A DNA stretch of 64,000 nt, from positions 115,648 through 179,647 of the IMG/VR virus record IMGVR_UViG_3300026097_000805; one strand, written 5' to 3'. The DNA comes from a virus. Shown piece by piece: positions 62,594-64,000 of the stretch (positions are counted from its first letter, which is position 1; every line of letters begins with the position of its first letter). The notes below the pieces were generated by a model that saw only the letters and a list, made by a program, of their open reading frames with translations, made no database searches and was not told where the DNA came from. Position numbers and translations under genes: made by a program.

Positions 62594-62660
62594 CTAACAG
62601 TAAAGATAATAATTAGTAGGGACATAGTCCTTTAATAATAAAGTACATTTTAGAACCAGC

Positions 62661-62693
62661 AAGCCCCGGCATTGGAAACAGTGTTCGGGGCTT
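62661..62693. terminator. Hairpin between convergent genes
   Basis: AAGCCCCG...CGGGGCTT. Confidence 0.7.
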
Positions 62694-62699
62694 AATCGT

Positions 62700-64000
62700 T
62701 TATCTAACTTCGGTCCAACCTAGACTTGCCCAGGCATCCTTGTTGCTTGCTATCGCGGCTACGGCAATGATAAATGTTTCTGAAGTGTCGCCTATAGTTG
62801 TGGTTGTGGTTCTCTGTAGCTGTGTGATAGTTCTGTCGGGAAAACGGAATATCTGTCCCATATTGCCGGAGTTAATAAAAGTTGTGGTTAAAACCTCTCC
62901 GTTGGTAAAGCCTGTTGCGGTAAGATTGTATTCAACTGGTGAATCGACACCATAACTAACCCAGGTGCCGCCTGTGACTGTGGCATTCCTGATTGCCCTT
63001 ACAAATATAGAAGTGTTGTCCAGTGTTGCCGCAGAAAACTCATCTGGTAATACTACACCGTTCAATCTGTCTGACTTCAATCTAATCGCAACCACAGGCT
63101 TGAATGTATTGGCGGTGGTGCCAAGATCGTAGCCTGTGAGCGGGCTGGCAACACTCTGCTGTCTGCCCAACAGTTCTGTTCTGCCTTCTGTGGCGAAACT
63201 GTGCGATCCTTGATAGAAGGTGTGTGTGCCAGGTGTGCCTGCTACATTTGTGAGTTCTATTCTCACAGGCAGTGCGGCGGTGCTGGCCCAGGAGTATGGT
63301 AGCACATTGCCTGTTTGTATCTGATGAACAGGATAGGCATTGTTGTTGATAATAAACTTGAACTCCACCATACCAGCCCCATACCATTCGTATTCAATGA
63401 TCATATGCTGTGTGGCTGTAGGGTCTGCCACAATGCCACTTGGTCCTGTGCCGTCCAGTTTATCCACATTCCAGTCTTCTCGGGCTATTCTGGTATCCGC
63501 TGGGCCTGACTCTGTGTTTCTGCGTGTGGCACAATAGTAAGTGCCGTCTCCGCCGTCTTCAAAGTATGCTCCGTTGAGTGCGTCAAATATACCAAAGCGT
63601 CTGCGTATGCCTGTGGTGGGTGTTCCAAATCTCACGGTCATTGCCACTTCGCTCTGTCTGCCTGGAATGTATCTCTGAACACGACGAGTCTGTCTTATAA
63701 CTTCATCGCCAGCGTCCCCGCCCACTTCCAGTTTGACCTTGCCTAGATATTCATCGTGTGTGGCTGAGGCTGTTCCTGTTGTGACTTCATCCCAAATGTC
63801 CGGGTCTTTTGAATATGTAAAGTTTCCAAAGTCTGTGATTTCGTATGTGCTGACCTTCACACGGTTCTTTGAAGTGTGCTGTTTAGTGGTGTCGTCTATG
63901 CGTATAACAGGATAACCATACGGATCGTAGGTCATTGCCTGCACCAAGTCGTTGGTGTTAGGTTCGTGGCTGTGAACGTAGTTGGTTGAGTTGGGATTTA
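62700..64000 (-). CDS. Virion structural-like protein, 5' end outside window
   Basis: Frame stays open to the window edge (..NPNSTNYVHSHEPNTNDLVQAMTYD); beta-rich lectin-like body. Confidence 0.7.
   Translation of the reverse strand, partial: NPNSTNYVHSHEPNTNDLVQAMTYDPYGYPVIRIDDTTKQHTSKNRVKVSTYEITDFGNFTYSKDPDIWDEVTTGTASATHDEYLGKVKLEVGGDAGDEVIRQTRRVQRYIPGRQSEVAMTVRFGTPTTGIRRRFGIFDALNGAYFEDGGDGTYYCATRRNTESGPADTRIAREDWNVDKLDGTGPSGIVADPTATQHMIIEYEWYGAGMVEFKFIINNNAYPVHQIQTGNVLPYSWASTAALPVRIELTNVAGTPGTHTFYQGSHSFATEGRTELLGRQQSVASPLTGYDLGTTANTFKPVVAIRLKSDRLNGVVLPDEFSAATLDNTSIFVRAIRNATVTGGTWVSYGVDSPVEYNLTATGFTNGEVLTTTFINSGNMGQIFRFPDRTITQLQRTTTTTIGDTSETFIIAVAAIASNKDAWASLGWTEVR

Overview
This window is a gene-dense, AT-rich segment of a large (jumbo-type, T4-like) tailed bacteriophage genome, almost entirely coded on the minus strand with the standard genetic code. 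The host is most likely a marine alphaproteobacterium, inferred from a two-piece permuted tmRNA, DUF1127 proteins, a HemO/PcyX-like pair, a ROSE-like thermometer and a plcP-type gene. Positions 285-2555 hold two CCA-encoding tRNA arrays (8 + 12 tRNAs) plus two unexplained CCA-ending RNAs. The rest encodes translation and proteostasis genes (infA, rpsU, tilS, clpP, clpS, hsp20, tmRNA), nucleotide metabolism (nrdAB, glutaredoxin, guaC, glyA), redox genes (rubrerythrin, peroxiredoxin, alternative oxidase, NfuA-like, heme oxygenase, bilin reductase), a Pho-box-preceded pstS-plcP-glycosyltransferase-ugd module, and virion genes. The main observation is that each tRNA array is preceded by an unannotated short leader ORF (25 aa and 29 aa) followed by an intrinsic terminator. 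Each leader's 3' end can pair with the terminator's 5' arm, and each leader contains a dense block of codons read by the tRNAs of its own downstream array. This looks like multivalent ribosome-dependent attenuation in which the phage senses shortage of the same tRNAs it can supply. Protein family calls rest on motif recognition only; no database searches were run.
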